DNA from: Methanobrevibacter sp.
Lineage (GTDB): Archaea > Methanobacteriota > Methanobacteria > Methanobacteriales > Methanobacteriaceae
Length of the DNA stretch: 64,000 bases
Direction of reading: 5' to 3'
NCBI RefSeq assembly: GCF_045636185.1
Contig: NZ_JAZTXC010000109.1
Coordinates: forward strand, 3,187-67,186
Shown here piece after piece: positions 1-12,137 of the stretch. The position numbers and the translations under genes were made by a program. Numbering within the stretch: position 1 is the first letter of the stretch; each line of letters opens with the position of its first letter. The notes under the pieces are model-generated. The model saw only the letters and a list, made by a program, of their open reading frames with translations. It was not told the DNA's origin and did no database searches.

Positions 1-1
1 T

Positions 2-208
2 ATTGATCTTGATGAATTTAATTCATACATTTTAGAAAAAATAAACCAATTAGATGGTGTCTTAGATACACCTAAGGCAAGAATTTATGCAAAGAACATA
101 ACTTTTGAAGAAACAAATGTTAAAATATCATTTTGGATAAAAGACATAAATAATAAAGATGATTATAAATTAATTATTACTAACGAGGTAAGAAAATTTA
201 CTAAATAG
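2..208 (+). CDS. 3' end of a gene cut by the window edge, probably a small-conductance mechanosensitive channel (MscS) C-terminal domain
   Basis: Open frame from base 2 to TAG at 206-208 reads IDLDEFNSYILEKINQLDGVLDTPKARIYAKNITFEETNVKISFWIKDINNKDDYKLIITNEVRKFTK. This resembles the MscS cytoplasmic C-terminal alpha/beta domain. Not in the supplied ORF track. Confidence 0.5.
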   Translation: MDLDEFNSYILEKINQLDGVLDTPKARIYAKNITFEETNVKISFWIKDINNKDDYKLIITNEVRKFTK

Positions 209-216
209 GTGAAAAT

Positions 217-1131
217 ATGAGTTCTCTACATGATGAAATAAAGCAGCTGAAAGAAGAAAAAAATGCAATAATTCTTGCACATAATTACCAGCCAAAAGAA
301 ATACAGGAAATTGCTGATTTTTTAGGTGATTCATTAGAATTATGTATAAAAGCATCTGAAATCGATGATAAGGATTTAGTGGTATTTTGTGGTGTGGATT
401 TTATGGCGGAAACTGCATATATTTTAAATCCGGACAAAAAAATTGTTATTCCAGATATAAATGCAGAATGTCCAATGGCTCATATGTTACCTGAAGAAGA
501 ATTATTAAAATCAAAAGAAGAACATCCTGATGCAGGAGTAATACTTTATGTAAATAGTATTGCTGAGGCAAAACAGCATGCCGACACATTATGTACTTCT
601 GCAAATGCAGTTAAAGTGACTGAAAGTTTAAATCAAGATAAAATATTATTCGGGCCAGACAACAATTTAGCAGCACATGTACAAGAAAGAACCGATAAGG
701 AAATCATTCCAACACCTAAAGGAGGACATTGCTATGTCCATAAATTATTCCATATTGAAGACGTGGAACTTAAAAGAAAAGAATATCCAAATGCAATCAT
801 CATCTGCCATCCGGAATGTAATCAAAATGTTCAGGAAGCATGTGATGAAGTATTATCAACCGGAGGAATGTTGAGATTTATAGCCGAAAGTGATCATGAC
901 GAATTTGTAATCGGTACCGAAATTGACATGATTACAAGAATAAATGCAGAAATCCCCGGCAAAAAATTATATCCTTTACTTGAGGGAGCAATCTGTGAAA
1001 CAATGAAGCTTCACACTTTAGAAAAAGTAAGGGATTCACTTAAAAATGAATCTCCAGAAGTTAAAGTACCTGATGAAGTTGCAAGCAAATCTTTAAAAGC
1101 TGTTGAACATATGCTTGAAGCTTCAAAATAG
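217..1131 (+). CDS. nadA: Quinolinate synthase A
   Basis: ILAHNYQ, GDSLEL, FCGVDFMAETA, CPMA, YVNS, CTSANA, FGPDNNL, CYVH, HPEC, STGGM, GTE and CETMK motifs. AGGTGA RBS at 207-212. Confidence 0.97.
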   Translation: MSSLHDEIKQLKEEKNAIILAHNYQPKEIQEIADFLGDSLELCIKASEIDDKDLVVFCGVDFMAETAYILNPDKKIVIPDINAECPMAHMLPEEELLKSKEEHPDAGVILYVNSIAEAKQHADTLCTSANAVKVTESLNQDKILFGPDNNLAAHVQERTDKEIIPTPKGGHCYVHKLFHIEDVELKRKEYPNAIIICHPECNQNVQEACDEVLSTGGMLRFIAESDHDEFVIGTEIDMITRINAEIPGKKLYPLLEGAICETMKLHTLEKVRDSLKNESPEVKVPDEVASKSLKAVEHMLEASK

Positions 1132-1150
1132 CTAGATTGAAATCTAGCTA
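1129..1150. terminator. Perfect 10-bp inverted repeat between convergent genes, possible bidirectional terminator
   Basis: TAGCTAGATT-GA-AATCTAGCTA overlaps the nadA stop and is followed by a T-run. Confidence 0.55.
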
Positions 1151-1162
1151 AAATTCATTTTT

Positions 1163-2146
1163 TTAAACAGACTCTAAAAATTTTCTAATCTCATCTATCA
1201 CTTTAATAAGTTCATTTTTATTGTCTGAATCTCTAATCAAATTAAAAGATAAATACTGTGAACCTTCAACGGATTCATGTAAAGGAATAGCATCAAATTT
1301 TGGAATATAATAATTAGTACTATTAAATGAAATAATCAGCAATTTGCATTTTATTTTATCTAATTCTGATTCCAAGTTAAATGATATAATAAAATCATTA
1401 CAAAATTTGATATCATAAATGTCTAAAAATAAAATATCATCAGCGAATCTTTCTATAGACATGTCAATCTCATCATTAGACAATTCATTTAAATAATCAC
1501 TTGAAAAACTCATTAGATAATGAATTTGTGAAATAAGAATTAACATTCTTGAAATTGATTCATCATACATATTCTGTGAATATTCTGAACATTGATCTAT
1601 AATACGATTAGCCAGATTTGAAAAGACATATTTATATCCCTGGGATTTAAAAGAACTGTCCAAAAGAACTACACTTTCCATATATTCAGGATAATATATG
1701 GAAAAACCTAAAGCAGTAAATCCACCCATGGAATGACCGATTATTCCTTTTAATTTTTTAATATTTGGAAATTTTTCACTAAGCAATTGTCTTTGAAAAT
1801 TCACTAAATCCTCAATTCCATAATTTGGAAAATCCTTGTTTAATCCTGAAGTTGAAGGAGAGCAAGACTGGGGAAAGCCAAGAGAAGTTATTGAAATTAT
1901 AAAATAATCTTCTTTTATTACATTAATTTCTTCCCTAAAACCGCTAACATTAGAAATGGATGAGTAATCCTCCATGAAATTATGGCAAAATAAAATAGCA
2001 TTTATAATATTGCCTTCTTCATCATATTTTGGGGTTCCAACAACACCATAATCCACTTTGGCATTTTTTATAATATAACCGTTTTTAAACTCAAATTCAT
2101 CAAAAAAGTGTTGTTCATTTTTTAAATAATATATCTCATTATCCAT
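1163..2146 (-). CDS. Homoserine O-acetyltransferase-like alpha/beta hydrolase, catalytically degenerate paralogue
   Basis: GHSMGG nucleophile elbow, SLGFPQSCSPS and YGIEDLVNFQ as in the MetX family. The catalytic Asp and His positions read Thr and Ser when aligned to 2559..3548. Confidence 0.8.
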   Translation of the reverse strand: MDNEIYYLKNEQHFFDEFEFKNGYIIKNAKVDYGVVGTPKYDEEGNIINAILFCHNFMEDYSSISNVSGFREEINVIKEDYFIISITSLGFPQSCSPSTSGLNKDFPNYGIEDLVNFQRQLLSEKFPNIKKLKGIIGHSMGGFTALGFSIYYPEYMESVVLLDSSFKSQGYKYVFSNLANRIIDQCSEYSQNMYDESISRMLILISQIHYLMSFSSDYLNELSNDEIDMSIERFADDILFLDIYDIKFCNDFIISFNLESELDKIKCKLLIISFNSTNYYIPKFDAIPLHESVEGSQYLSFNLIRDSDNKNELIKVIDEIRKFLESV

Positions 2147-2284
2147 AAAATCAATCCCCTGGAATTGATATATAATACAAATCTAATTTTTATATTATAT
2201 AATAATAATCATAAAAAAAATAAAGACATACAATTTAAACATACAAATAGTGGAAAAATAATCAAAGAAATATGTGAAATTCGT

Positions 2285-2557
2285 TCACATATCTTCCAAA
2301 AAACTAGAAAGAAAAACATTCATTTCAATCTCTTCACGTGATATGAAATCTTCTAATCTAATTTTAGCCACATCACTTTGGAAAGGGAAAAAATCTTCAA
2401 AATAAACTCTAATCTTTAAAATATCATCATCAATAGATGTTTCTTCATCCAAGTTATTATTTAAAAAATCCATTTGATTCTGCATCAGCTGTGAAACTTC
2501 ATAGTCAACATATGGAATTTCGGCATTTTCATCAAAATTAGTTATCTTAACTATCAT
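2285..2557 (-). CDS. Small acidic hypothetical protein
   Basis: ORF track gives 2285..2569. The likely start is the ATG at 2557, 1 nt after the upstream gene's stop (translational coupling). Confidence 0.7.
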   Translation of the reverse strand: MIVKITNFDENAEIPYVDYEVSQLMQNQMDFLNNNLDEETSIDDDILKIRVYFEDFFPFQSDVAKIRLEDFISREEIEMNVFLSSFLEDM

Positions 2558-2558
2558 T

Positions 2559-3548
2559 TTATTCCCCAAATTTGCCCATAAATTTACTTAATTCATCAGA
2601 AATATTTTCAAGCTCATTAAAACATAAATGTCCCAATTCTGAATCCATTATAACCAATTTAGAGTCTTTAATCATCTTAGACATTGGAATGGCATCAAGT
2701 TCAGGAGGAAAATGTGGATCCTGATAACATGCAATGATAAAAACCTTGGAAGTTATTTTATTCAAATCCTTTTCGACATCATAATTCATACAAGCTTCAT
2801 TACAGTATTTTACGTCATAAATATCTAGAAATAGACTTTCATCACCAAATTCATCAAAATTAAGAGACAATTCTTCCTTTGGCATTTCTCTTAACGCTTC
2901 TTTAGAAAGACCAAAATTGAATTCAGCAAGACTTGCCAATCTTAATGTTCTTTTTAGAGAATCATTATCAATTCCCTTTTCATAACTTTCATCAGAAGTT
3001 ATTATTTCATTGACAAATTTTGATAGAATATAATCATGCCCTGCAACTTTAAAACTACTTACACCAGGCATTATAAAGTCTGCAAAATCAGGATATAAAA
3101 TAGCTGACGTTAAAGCTACAAAACCACCCATAGAATTTCCAATAATACCTAAAACATGATTAATATTGAATTTTTCGGCCAAAAATTGTTTTTGAAAATT
3201 CACTACATCCCCTATATTATAACTTGGAAACTTACTTTTTAAATTAGTTGAAGAGGGTGAACATGAACCCGGAGATCCGAGAGCAGACATTGAAATAAAG
3301 AAGTATTTATTTTCATCGAATGGTGCATTTTCATATAATAATGGAAATATCTTCTTAACCCCAGAAAAATTACCTAAAGAACCATGACAGTAAATTATCG
3401 CATTAGTAATTATATCACCATCATATTTTGGAGTTCCAAATGTCATATATTCTACAGAGACATTATTTAAAATTTTTCCGTTTGAAAATTCAAATGAATC
3501 CATCACATAAGTCTGTCTTTTTTCATCAAAGTATTCATCTTCACACAT
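2559..3548 (-). CDS. Homoserine O-acetyltransferase (MetX)-family alpha/beta hydrolase
   Basis: YCHGSLG, GNSMGG, YQDPHFPP and GHLCF give an intact Ser-Asp-His triad. The N-terminal FEFSNG...VEYMTFG is typical of the MetX family. Substrate not established. Confidence 0.85.
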   Translation of the reverse strand: MCEDEYFDEKRQTYVMDSFEFSNGKILNNVSVEYMTFGTPKYDGDIITNAIIYCHGSLGNFSGVKKIFPLLYENAPFDENKYFFISMSALGSPGSCSPSSTNLKSKFPSYNIGDVVNFQKQFLAEKFNINHVLGIIGNSMGGFVALTSAILYPDFADFIMPGVSSFKVAGHDYILSKFVNEIITSDESYEKGIDNDSLKRTLRLASLAEFNFGLSKEALREMPKEELSLNFDEFGDESLFLDIYDVKYCNEACMNYDVEKDLNKITSKVFIIACYQDPHFPPELDAIPMSKMIKDSKLVIMDSELGHLCFNELENISDELSKFMGKFGE

Positions 3549-3626
3549 CTTAATTCACCATCAATATATCTAAATTTACTTTTTAAAAACAAAATATTTA
3601 AATTAATCTAACCAATGTAAAAAGTA

Positions 3627-4409
3627 ATGAAATATAAAATTCTTGAAAAACCTGAATGTGAAAAAGCATATGAATTAGTTGAAGAGGCTATGCGTAAAAG
3701 AGCCACAATAATTCTTTTTGCATGTTGTAAAGTGGAATATGAGGGACGTGCTTTAAGCCAATTAAACTGGGGAGAACGTATAATACTGATTAAACCAGAC
3801 GGGTCTTTTTTAATACATCAAGATAAAAAAGTGGAACCCGTTAATTGGCAACCGCCAAAATCCAAAACCAGAAGTTATATGAAAGATGACCGCTTAATTC
3901 TTGAAAGTCACAGAAGGACACCAAAAGAATTACTGACTGTTGAGGTAAGGCAAATTCAATTCATCAACTATGCAAATGTTGAAGATTTTGAGGAACTTGA
4001 ACAGGCAGGATACGAAAAGGACATGAGCGACATGATTATGGAAAGACCCCATATTATCGAGGAAGGCTTTACACCAAAAACTAGAGAATATAGTGTCGAA
4101 CACGGTTTTATAGATATTTTAGGAAAAGATAGTGATGGGAATTTAATGATTTTGGAATTGAAAGCACGTAAAGCCGGCGTGAGTGCTGTAAAGCAAATAA
4201 GAAGATATCTGCAGGATCTGGAAAATACAGATAATGATTATCTAAAAGAATGTAAGGCTCAAAAAAAGAGAATCAGGGCAGTATTAGTTGCACCATCACT
4301 TATGGAAGATGCCCGAGAAATGATTGAAGAGGAAGGTATTGAATTTGTCAGCGTTGAACCTCCTCGTGAATTAAAAAGAGATAAAAAAGTTACATTGGAT
4401 GCATTTTAA
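3627..4409 (+). CDS. nucS: Mismatch-specific endonuclease NucS/EndoMS
   Basis: YEGRA, IKPDGSFLIH, PVNWQPP, GFIDILGKD and ILELKARKAG motifs. Confidence 0.96.
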   Translation: MKYKILEKPECEKAYELVEEAMRKRATIILFACCKVEYEGRALSQLNWGERIILIKPDGSFLIHQDKKVEPVNWQPPKSKTRSYMKDDRLILESHRRTPKELLTVEVRQIQFINYANVEDFEELEQAGYEKDMSDMIMERPHIIEEGFTPKTREYSVEHGFIDILGKDSDGNLMILELKARKAGVSAVKQIRRYLQDLENTDNDYLKECKAQKKRIRAVLVAPSLMEDAREMIEEEGIEFVSVEPPRELKRDKKVTLDAF

Positions 4410-4888
4410 TTTAAAACTGCATCATCAATTCTTTTCATTTCTGCTTCATAGAATTTTTTGGTATGTTCATTAGCTGGAATGGATGTGGTTACATGGCATT
4501 CCTTTTCTAATTTATAGATAAGATAAGTTTCATCATCCAAGTCAATTGTGGAATTTTCATCCAACAAATCCAAATTATCCAATTCTTCTATTATTTTATC
4601 ATATTCTTCCTGTTCCAAACTAATAACGTCATCCAATTCCATTTCTTGAACTTTCGGATTCAATTGCAGTGCAATAGCTACGAAACCATTAACTGTTTTA
4701 TCCGAAATATCAAATTGAGATTTTCTAATTTCATCCATAGTAAATTTAATATGAGTTATTGTTGGTTTAGTTACCGGAATTTCTTTTGATAAACCAATTT
4801 GATTAATTTCATAATTATTTTCCCAAGTACCTAATTTATAAACAGCATAATTAATATCATTAACATCAATTTTATTTTCATCTGACAT
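4406..4888 (-). CDS. Acidic hypothetical protein
   Basis: 160-aa ORF with a GGT-containing RBS-like sequence upstream. Its stop overlaps the nucS stop. Confidence 0.7.
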   Translation of the reverse strand: MSDENKIDVNDINYAVYKLGTWENNYEINQIGLSKEIPVTKPTITHIKFTMDEIRKSQFDISDKTVNGFVAIALQLNPKVQEMELDDVISLEQEEYDKIIEELDNLDLLDENSTIDLDDETYLIYKLEKECHVTTSIPANEHTKKFYEAEMKRIDDAVLN

Positions 4889-4971
4889 TTAATACCACCT
4901 TAATTATATATTTTAATCACTTACTTTAAATATTATAAGTAATATAGTAAATTTTAATAGGAGGTAAATCT

Positions 4972-5664
4972 GTGAAAAAATGTCCTGAATGTGGAAATCC
5001 TAGTTACGATGGTGCTCCAGTTTGTGGAAATTGTGGATATAAATTTCCCAAACCAAAAGTAAAAGCCCCTATACAAGAAGATATCTTTGAAGACAGACCA
5101 ATAATTAATAAAAATGAAAATGAAGAAAGTACAATTCAAATCATCAAAGATAATAAAATTGTCATCGGTGCTATTTTACTTATTACCTTAATTGTAATTG
5201 GTATAATTGTAGCTACAGGACCATCTGCTAATATAACAAACCAAAACAATACTTCAGCTAAATATTCAGATGCTAAAATTTCATTTACTCCTGCATCCTC
5301 TTGGAACGAGATAAATGGAAGCGATGCATCACATACTGGAGCGGTCTTTTTTGAGGGCAGTAATGGTACTGTAATAGAGTATTATAATGTTACTAGTGCA
5401 TTTTCATCAATATATGAAGTAAATAATGATAGAATAAGTTCTGCTCAAGGAAGTAGCGGTTATATTAATACGATTCAGCCAATGCAAATTGATGGAAAAA
5501 ATGCATCAAATGTTATTATAGAGAGTACAAATGGTACTTTTACAAGATATGTTTCAATATTATCTAACAATACCCTAAATGTATTCAAAATAACAGGAAA
5601 AACAATTGATGACGTCAATTCCAGTGAAATTGAAACTGTATTAAAATCCGCACATGTTGAATAA
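4972..5664 (+). CDS. Zinc-ribbon membrane protein with an extracellular domain
   Basis: GTG start after GGAGGT. CPECG...CGNCG zinc ribbon, one hydrophobic helix (IVIGAILLITLIVIGIIVAT), then an N/S/T-rich C-terminal domain. Confidence 0.8.
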   Translation: MKKCPECGNPSYDGAPVCGNCGYKFPKPKVKAPIQEDIFEDRPIINKNENEESTIQIIKDNKIVIGAILLITLIVIGIIVATGPSANITNQNNTSAKYSDAKISFTPASSWNEINGSDASHTGAVFFEGSNGTVIEYYNVTSAFSSIYEVNNDRISSAQGSSGYINTIQPMQIDGKNASNVIIESTNGTFTRYVSILSNNTLNVFKITGKTIDDVNSSEIETVLKSAHVE

Positions 5665-5710
5665 GTATGATTTAATTTCATACTTTTCAATTAATTTTTA
5701 AGTATTAACC

Positions 5711-6538
5711 ATGAATAAATTAAAAATAGCTTTATGTCAAATGAATGTTATTGACAATAAGCAAGAAAACATATTAAAAGCAACTTCAATGATAAATGAA
5801 GCTGCAAAACATAATTCTAATTTTATTGTTCTTCCAGAAATGTTCAACTGCCCATATTCCAATGACAAATTTGTCGAATATGCGGAAAACGAAAAATCAA
5901 GCCCTACACTAGATTCTATTTCTAAATTATCAAAAAAACATGAAACTTATATCCTCGCAGGATCAATACCTGAAAAAGAGGATTCAAAAATATACAATAC
6001 CAGTTATCTGTTTGACAAAGAAGGCACGATTATTGCAAAACATCGCAAAATGCATTTATTCGATGTTGATGTGGAAGGCGGAATCTATTTTAAGGAATCC
6101 GATACATTAACACCAGGAAATAAATTTAGCGTTTGTGAAACTGATTTTGGAAAGATTGGTATGGGAATATGCTATGATGTTAGATTTCCCCAGTTAGCCC
6201 AAATAAATGTTAATAATGGGGCAGACATACTGTTTTATCCAGGAGCATTTAACATGACCACAGGACCTGCCCACTGGGAGCTATTATTTAGATCCCGAGC
6301 CCTTGACAATCAGGTATTCTGTGTCGGTGTTGCACCTGCATTGAATAAAGATTCAAGCTATCACAGTTATGGTCATTCGATTGTTGTAAATCCTTGGGGT
6401 GAAGTAATCTGCCAGTTAGGTCAAAAAGAAGAATTAAAAACAGTTGAAATTGATTTGGATGAAATAAAAAAAGTAAGGAATGAAATTCCCGTTTTAAAAA
6501 ATAGAAGAGATGATTTGTATGAATTAATCGAAAAATAA
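5711..6538 (+). CDS. Carbon-nitrogen hydrolase (nitrilase superfamily, omega-amidase/Nit2-like)
   Basis: Glu-Lys-Cys triad in LPEMF, HRKMHLFD and GICYDVRFP. Also RSRALDNQ and YGHS..V.PWG. Confidence 0.93.
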   Translation: MNKLKIALCQMNVIDNKQENILKATSMINEAAKHNSNFIVLPEMFNCPYSNDKFVEYAENEKSSPTLDSISKLSKKHETYILAGSIPEKEDSKIYNTSYLFDKEGTIIAKHRKMHLFDVDVEGGIYFKESDTLTPGNKFSVCETDFGKIGMGICYDVRFPQLAQINVNNGADILFYPGAFNMTTGPAHWELLFRSRALDNQVFCVGVAPALNKDSSYHSYGHSIVVNPWGEVICQLGQKEELKTVEIDLDEIKKVRNEIPVLKNRRDDLYELIEK

Positions 6539-7390
6539 TTATTTCATTTTATTCAATCTGTTGACAAACCATTTTTCTTTTCCAGGCTTCTTCTCAGACA
6601 ATACTTTAATTGCTTTTTCAAGAACTTCAATTTCTTTATCTTCCTGACGCAATTTTCTATATAAAATAGCTAATCTTTTATATGGAGCATCCTTATCGCT
6701 TTCAGCCTGAACATATTTTTCATATTCCTTGATTGCTTTTTGAGGATTGGTGGATTCCATTTCCTTAATTGTTTTCATAGGTATTGTATTTGTCACAACT
6801 TTACCTTCTGCTTTAGCCTTTTGATTTTTTTCAGCCTTTTTAATTGCCTTGTTACAGGATTTTTTAAAGTCCTTATCTGATTCATCCCTTCTTGCTTTTT
6901 TAATTAATGCAATTGATTCATCAGAAGCTAAATCAGCACATGCATGTATGGTTGCTAACCTTACACCCCAATCTTCATCTTCCAAACCTTTAGCAATAGT
7001 ATCCAATTCATCATTAGCCTGAAGTTCACCTAAAGCACGGATTGAGACTTTTCTAACACCAAAGTCCTCATCACTTACTGCTTCAGCAAATAAAGGAATA
7101 GCTTTTTCATTGTGAGTTTCTTTTAAAGCGAATGCTAAAAATCTTTTGTTTTTACCTGTTTCTGATGTGAATTTAGAAACTAATCTGTCAAATGCAACAT
7201 TTCCCATATTTCCTAAAATTTCTGCTGCTTTAAATCTAACTTGTGCATTATCATCTGTTGTAGCTTCAATTAATGGATCAATAGCCGCTTCATCAGTTAC
7301 ACCAATTAATGATTCAATAGCTTCTTTTCTAACACTTACATCTTCACTTTTAAGATTTTCTATCGCTTCATTCATAGTTAAATTAGGCAT
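6539..7390 (-). CDS. HEAT-repeat protein with a C-terminal TPR-like helix pair
   Basis: Repeated D...VR..A...LG units. The ATG at 7390 follows a GAGGT RBS (track start is 7411). Confidence 0.88.
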   Translation of the reverse strand: MPNLTMNEAIENLKSEDVSVRKEAIESLIGVTDEAAIDPLIEATTDDNAQVRFKAAEILGNMGNVAFDRLVSKFTSETGKNKRFLAFALKETHNEKAIPLFAEAVSDEDFGVRKVSIRALGELQANDELDTIAKGLEDEDWGVRLATIHACADLASDESIALIKKARRDESDKDFKKSCNKAIKKAEKNQKAKAEGKVVTNTIPMKTIKEMESTNPQKAIKEYEKYVQAESDKDAPYKRLAILYRKLRQEDKEIEVLEKAIKVLSEKKPGKEKWFVNRLNKMK

Positions 7391-7470
7391 TTTTATAACC
7401 TCTAATATCAATATATTTATTATTAGATTTCAAAAATATATAATCTTTAAGGCAAAACTAAATTGATAAT

Positions 7471-10068
7471 ATGATTCATGAGCAGACAAAAAACTATTCA
7501 AAAAAAGCAATTTACAAAATACTGCATCCCTGGGTAAGGGAATGGTTTGACAATAAATTTGATGACTTTACCCCTGCTCAAAAAAGATCCATAATTGAAA
7601 TTCATAAAAATAAAAATATTTTAGTTTCCTCACCTACAGGCTCAGGTAAAACATTAACTTCTTTTTTATCAATAATAAGTGAACTGACAACACTATCCGA
7701 AAAGGGAAAGCTTGAAGATAAGGTTTATTGCATTTACATTTCTCCTTTAAAAGCGCTGGATAACGATATTGAAAAAAACCTGGAAGAACCATTGCAAGAA
7801 ATAGAAGAAATTGCAGGCAAACCATTAGGCATTAGAAAAGCTGTAAGAACGGGAGACACCACCCAGTATCAAAGGCAAAAAATGCTCAAAGTACCGCCGC
7901 ATATCCTAATCACAACCCCAGAAACGTTATCCATTCTTCTTGTTGCTCCGAAGTTTAGGGAAAAATTAAGCCATGTTAAATATGTCATTGTTGATGAAAT
8001 TCATTCACTGGCTGAGAATAAACGTGGAGTTCATTTGAGTTTATCTCTTGAGAGATTGCACCACCTGGTAGGTAATTTTACAAGAATAGGTCTTTCAGCT
8101 ACTGTTAGTCCTCTTGATGAAGTTGCCCGTTTTTTAGTTGGCTATGAATACGGTATTGAAAGAGACTGTGAAATTGTCAACATTAATTATCTGAAGGATC
8201 TGGACATGGAAGTAATGTGTCCGGTAAGTGACATTACCATTGCAGATGAAGAGGATACGCGTTTAGGATTATACAGCATGCTAGATGATTTAATACAGGA
8301 AAATAAAACCACATTGATTTTTACCAATACCCGTAGCGGAACTGAAAGATTCGTGTATAATCTTAAAAAAATGTTTCCAATGAACTACAATAGCAAAAAT
8401 ATCATGGCCCACCACTCCTCCTTATCCAAAGAAGTTAGGCTGGAAACTGAGAACAGCTTAAAAGAAGGGAAACTTAAAGCTGTTGTATCATCAACATCTC
8501 TGGAATTGGGTATTGATATAGGTTATATTGATTTGGTTGTTCTTATTAATTCACCAAAATCCGTTTCCAGAGCCCTACAAAGAATTGGTCGTAGTGGACA
8601 TAGACTGCATGAAAAATCAAGGGGAAAAATTATTGTAACAGACAGGGACGATTTAGTGGAATGTTCCATTCTTTTAAAAAATGCCAAGGAAGGAAAAATT
8701 GACAGAATCCAAATTCCAAAAAACTGTTTGGACGTATTAGCACAGCACATTTACGGAATGGCCATTGAAAATGTCTGGGATATCGATTATGCCTATGACA
8801 TTATTCGAAAAAGCTATTGCTATAAAGACCTCACAAGAGACGACTATGAAGATGTTTTAAGTTATATGGCAGGAGAATATCCTCAGCTTGAAGAGAGATA
8901 TGTTTATGCCAAAATATGGATTGACTATAAGGAGAATACTTTTGGTAAAAGAGGCAAATTAGCCAGAATGCTTTATTCAACAAATATCGGCACTATTCCA
9001 GATAGTTCAGGTGTTTTGGTTAAATGTGATGGAGAAACTGTCGGTAGAATTGAAGCGGAATTTATGGAAAGGCTTAAAAAAGGAGATACTTTTGTCTTAG
9101 GGGGAGACACATACCGATTTAACTACGGCAAAGGTATGACAATTAATGTTTCACCTTCCAGTGGCCCGCCAACAATTCCTTCATGGTTTTCACAACAGTT
9201 GCCATTATCTTTTGATTTGGCAATGGATATTCAACGTTTTAGAGCACACATGGACTCCATGTTTCAATACAGACGAAGTAAAGAGCATATAATGGAATTC
9301 ATATATGATTATCTTTATGTAGATGATTTTGCTGCAAATTCCATCTATGAATATTTTGTTGAGCAATTCAAGTATGCTCAAATTCCAAGCAATAGAAAAT
9401 TACTCATCGAATATTATCGCGGTTTTGGTGACAGACGCTTCGTAATATTCCACAGTCTGTTTGGAAGAAAGGTAAATGATGCACTCTCCCGTGCAGTAGC
9501 TTACTTGGTAGCAAGAAGATACAATATGAATGTTACAATATCCATATCAGACAATGGATTTTATTTAAGTTCAGACACAAAAATTGGCGGACTTGAATCA
9601 TTCAGTCAATTAACCCCTGAAAATTTTCGTCCAATACTTACACAATCACTTGATAAAACAGAAACGCTGGCCAGCAGATTCAGGCATTGTGCAGGCCGTT
9701 CGTTAATGACACTAAGAAGATATAAAGGAGAATCAAAATCTGTTGGACGCCAGCAGGTTCGTGGAAAAATATTGCTTAAATTTGTTCAGGACATGGATGA
9801 AAATTTCTCAATATTAAAAGAAGCAAAAAGAGAAGCCCTTGAAGATTATATGGATGTTGAAAATGCTCAAAAAGTAATAGAATGGATTGCATCAGAAGAA
9901 ATGGAAATAAAAACAATTAATACCGTTATTCCTACACCATTTGCATTTAATTTAGTATCACAAGGTTATCTTGATGTTTTAAATCAAAACGATAGGGCAG
10001 AATTTACAAAAAGAATGCATCTAGCAGTACTTGAACAAATCAAAGATAAGCTATCAGACTTGTATTAA
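7471..10068 (+). CDS. lhr: Lhr-family ATP-dependent helicase (SF2)
   Basis: [46 protein letters not shown] and QRIGRSGH motifs. Confidence 0.95.
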   Translation: MIHEQTKNYSKKAIYKILHPWVREWFDNKFDDFTPAQKRSIIEIHKNKNILVSSPTGSGKTLTSFLSIISELTTLSEKGKLEDKVYCIYISPLKALDNDIEKNLEEPLQEIEEIAGKPLGIRKAVRTGDTTQYQRQKMLKVPPHILITTPETLSILLVAPKFREKLSHVKYVIVDEIHSLAENKRGVHLSLSLERLHHLVGNFTRIGLSATVSPLDEVARFLVGYEYGIERDCEIVNINYLKDLDMEVMCPVSDITIADEEDTRLGLYSMLDDLIQENKTTLIFTNTRSGTERFVYNLKKMFPMNYNSKNIMAHHSSLSKEVRLETENSLKEGKLKAVVSSTSLELGIDIGYIDLVVLINSPKSVSRALQRIGRSGHRLHEKSRGKIIVTDRDDLVECSILLKNAKEGKIDRIQIPKNCLDVLAQHIYGMAIENVWDIDYAYDIIRKSYCYKDLTRDDYEDVLSYMAGEYPQLEERYVYAKIWIDYKENTFGKRGKLARMLYSTNIGTIPDSSGVLVKCDGETVGRIEAEFMERLKKGDTFVLGGDTYRFNYGKGMTINVSPSSGPPTIPSWFSQQLPLSFDLAMDIQRFRAHMDSMFQYRRSKEHIMEFIYDYLYVDDFAANSIYEYFVEQFKYAQIPSNRKLLIEYYRGFGDRRFVIFHSLFGRKVNDALSRAVAYLVARRYNMNVTISISDNGFYLSSDTKIGGLESFSQLTPENFRPILTQSLDKTETLASRFRHCAGRSLMTLRRYKGESKSVGRQQVRGKILLKFVQDMDENFSILKEAKREALEDYMDVENAQKVIEWIASEEMEIKTINTVIPTPFAFNLVSQGYLDVLNQNDRAEFTKRMHLAVLEQIKDKLSDLY

Positions 10069-10134
10069 ATATCGCAAATCTTTTTAATACCTACATATAA
10101 ATTAATATTCATTAATTTATTTAAAGGTGAAATA

Positions 10135-10512
10135 ATGACTAACTGGCGTGCAGTAATAATAGGTTTTATACTGGCTGTTTTCGTTAAAGCGTTCTTTGGA
10201 CACTACGAATTTGTAGGATTATTAATTGTAGGTTTTATTGTGGGTTATATCGCCCATTCAGGAGCCCTTGGAGGAATGTGGAATGCTGCTGTTGCCGGAG
10301 CATTTGGTACAATCGTATCGGCCATACTTTTTATAATACTTGTTACAGTAGGAAGCAGTCTAACCGGAATTTTGGGAGGACTTACTGGATTTACAATATC
10401 TGGCATAACAAGTTTAATTGATGTGGTAATGGAATTAATTTACTATGCCATAGTTATGGGGATTACTGGAGCATTTGGAGGACTTATTTCATCAAGAAAA
10501 GATAGGAGATAG
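10135..10512 (+). CDS. Small multi-pass membrane protein (DUF5518-like)
   Basis: Gly-rich hydrophobic helices and a W.A.IIG start typical of this methanogen family. Confidence 0.75.
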   Translation: MTNWRAVIIGFILAVFVKAFFGHYEFVGLLIVGFIVGYIAHSGALGGMWNAAVAGAFGTIVSAILFIILVTVGSSLTGILGGLTGFTISGITSLIDVVMELIYYAIVMGITGAFGGLISSRKDRR

Positions 10513-10515
10513 AAT

Positions 10516-10935
10516 ATGGATTTAAAAAATGATATTGATTGGAGATCACTTATTATAGGGTCTGCAATAACTGCAGGACTAGCCATTTTTGCATCAAATG
10601 GAGGTCAAGATTGGTTAATGCTATTCTCATCAGTAGGTTTGCTATATGTAGGATGGTCAGCCAAAAATATCAAATATGGAACTGTACTTGGTGCAATTGC
10701 AGCAACACCTCTAATATATTTAGCATTAGTTACAAAAGCATTTGGAAATGAACCATTTTATTCAACGACCACTGGAATAATAATAGTAATATTAGTTTTC
10801 CTTCTTATTGGAGCATTTATAGGATTTGTTGGTGCATGGGCTAAAAGAAGTCGTGAAAAAGCAAAAATAGAATATGAAAAACAGCAAAAAACTGGAAAAA
10901 ATAAAAATAAAAATAAAAAGAAAAATAATAACTAA
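10516..10935 (+). CDS. Small multi-pass membrane protein (DUF5518-like) with a basic tail
   Basis: IDWRSLIIG start, four hydrophobic segments and a K/N-rich C-terminus. Confidence 0.7.
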   Translation: MDLKNDIDWRSLIIGSAITAGLAIFASNGGQDWLMLFSSVGLLYVGWSAKNIKYGTVLGAIAATPLIYLALVTKAFGNEPFYSTTTGIIIVILVFLLIGAFIGFVGAWAKRSREKAKIEYEKQQKTGKNKNKNKKKNNN

Positions 10936-10936
10936 A

Positions 10937-12028
<1,092 letters not shown>

Positions 12029-12137
12029 AAAATCAATCCTCGAAGATGATGATATTATTTATGTAATTATAAATTAATAACTGTTTTTATTTAAAATTTA
12101 AAAGTGATGATAAACAGAATATATTTGAGGAAAAAAT

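Noticed and set aside
10890-10935. AAAAAT microsatellite-like run
   Set aside because: It simply encodes a low-complexity KN tail at a protein C-terminus in AT-rich DNA.
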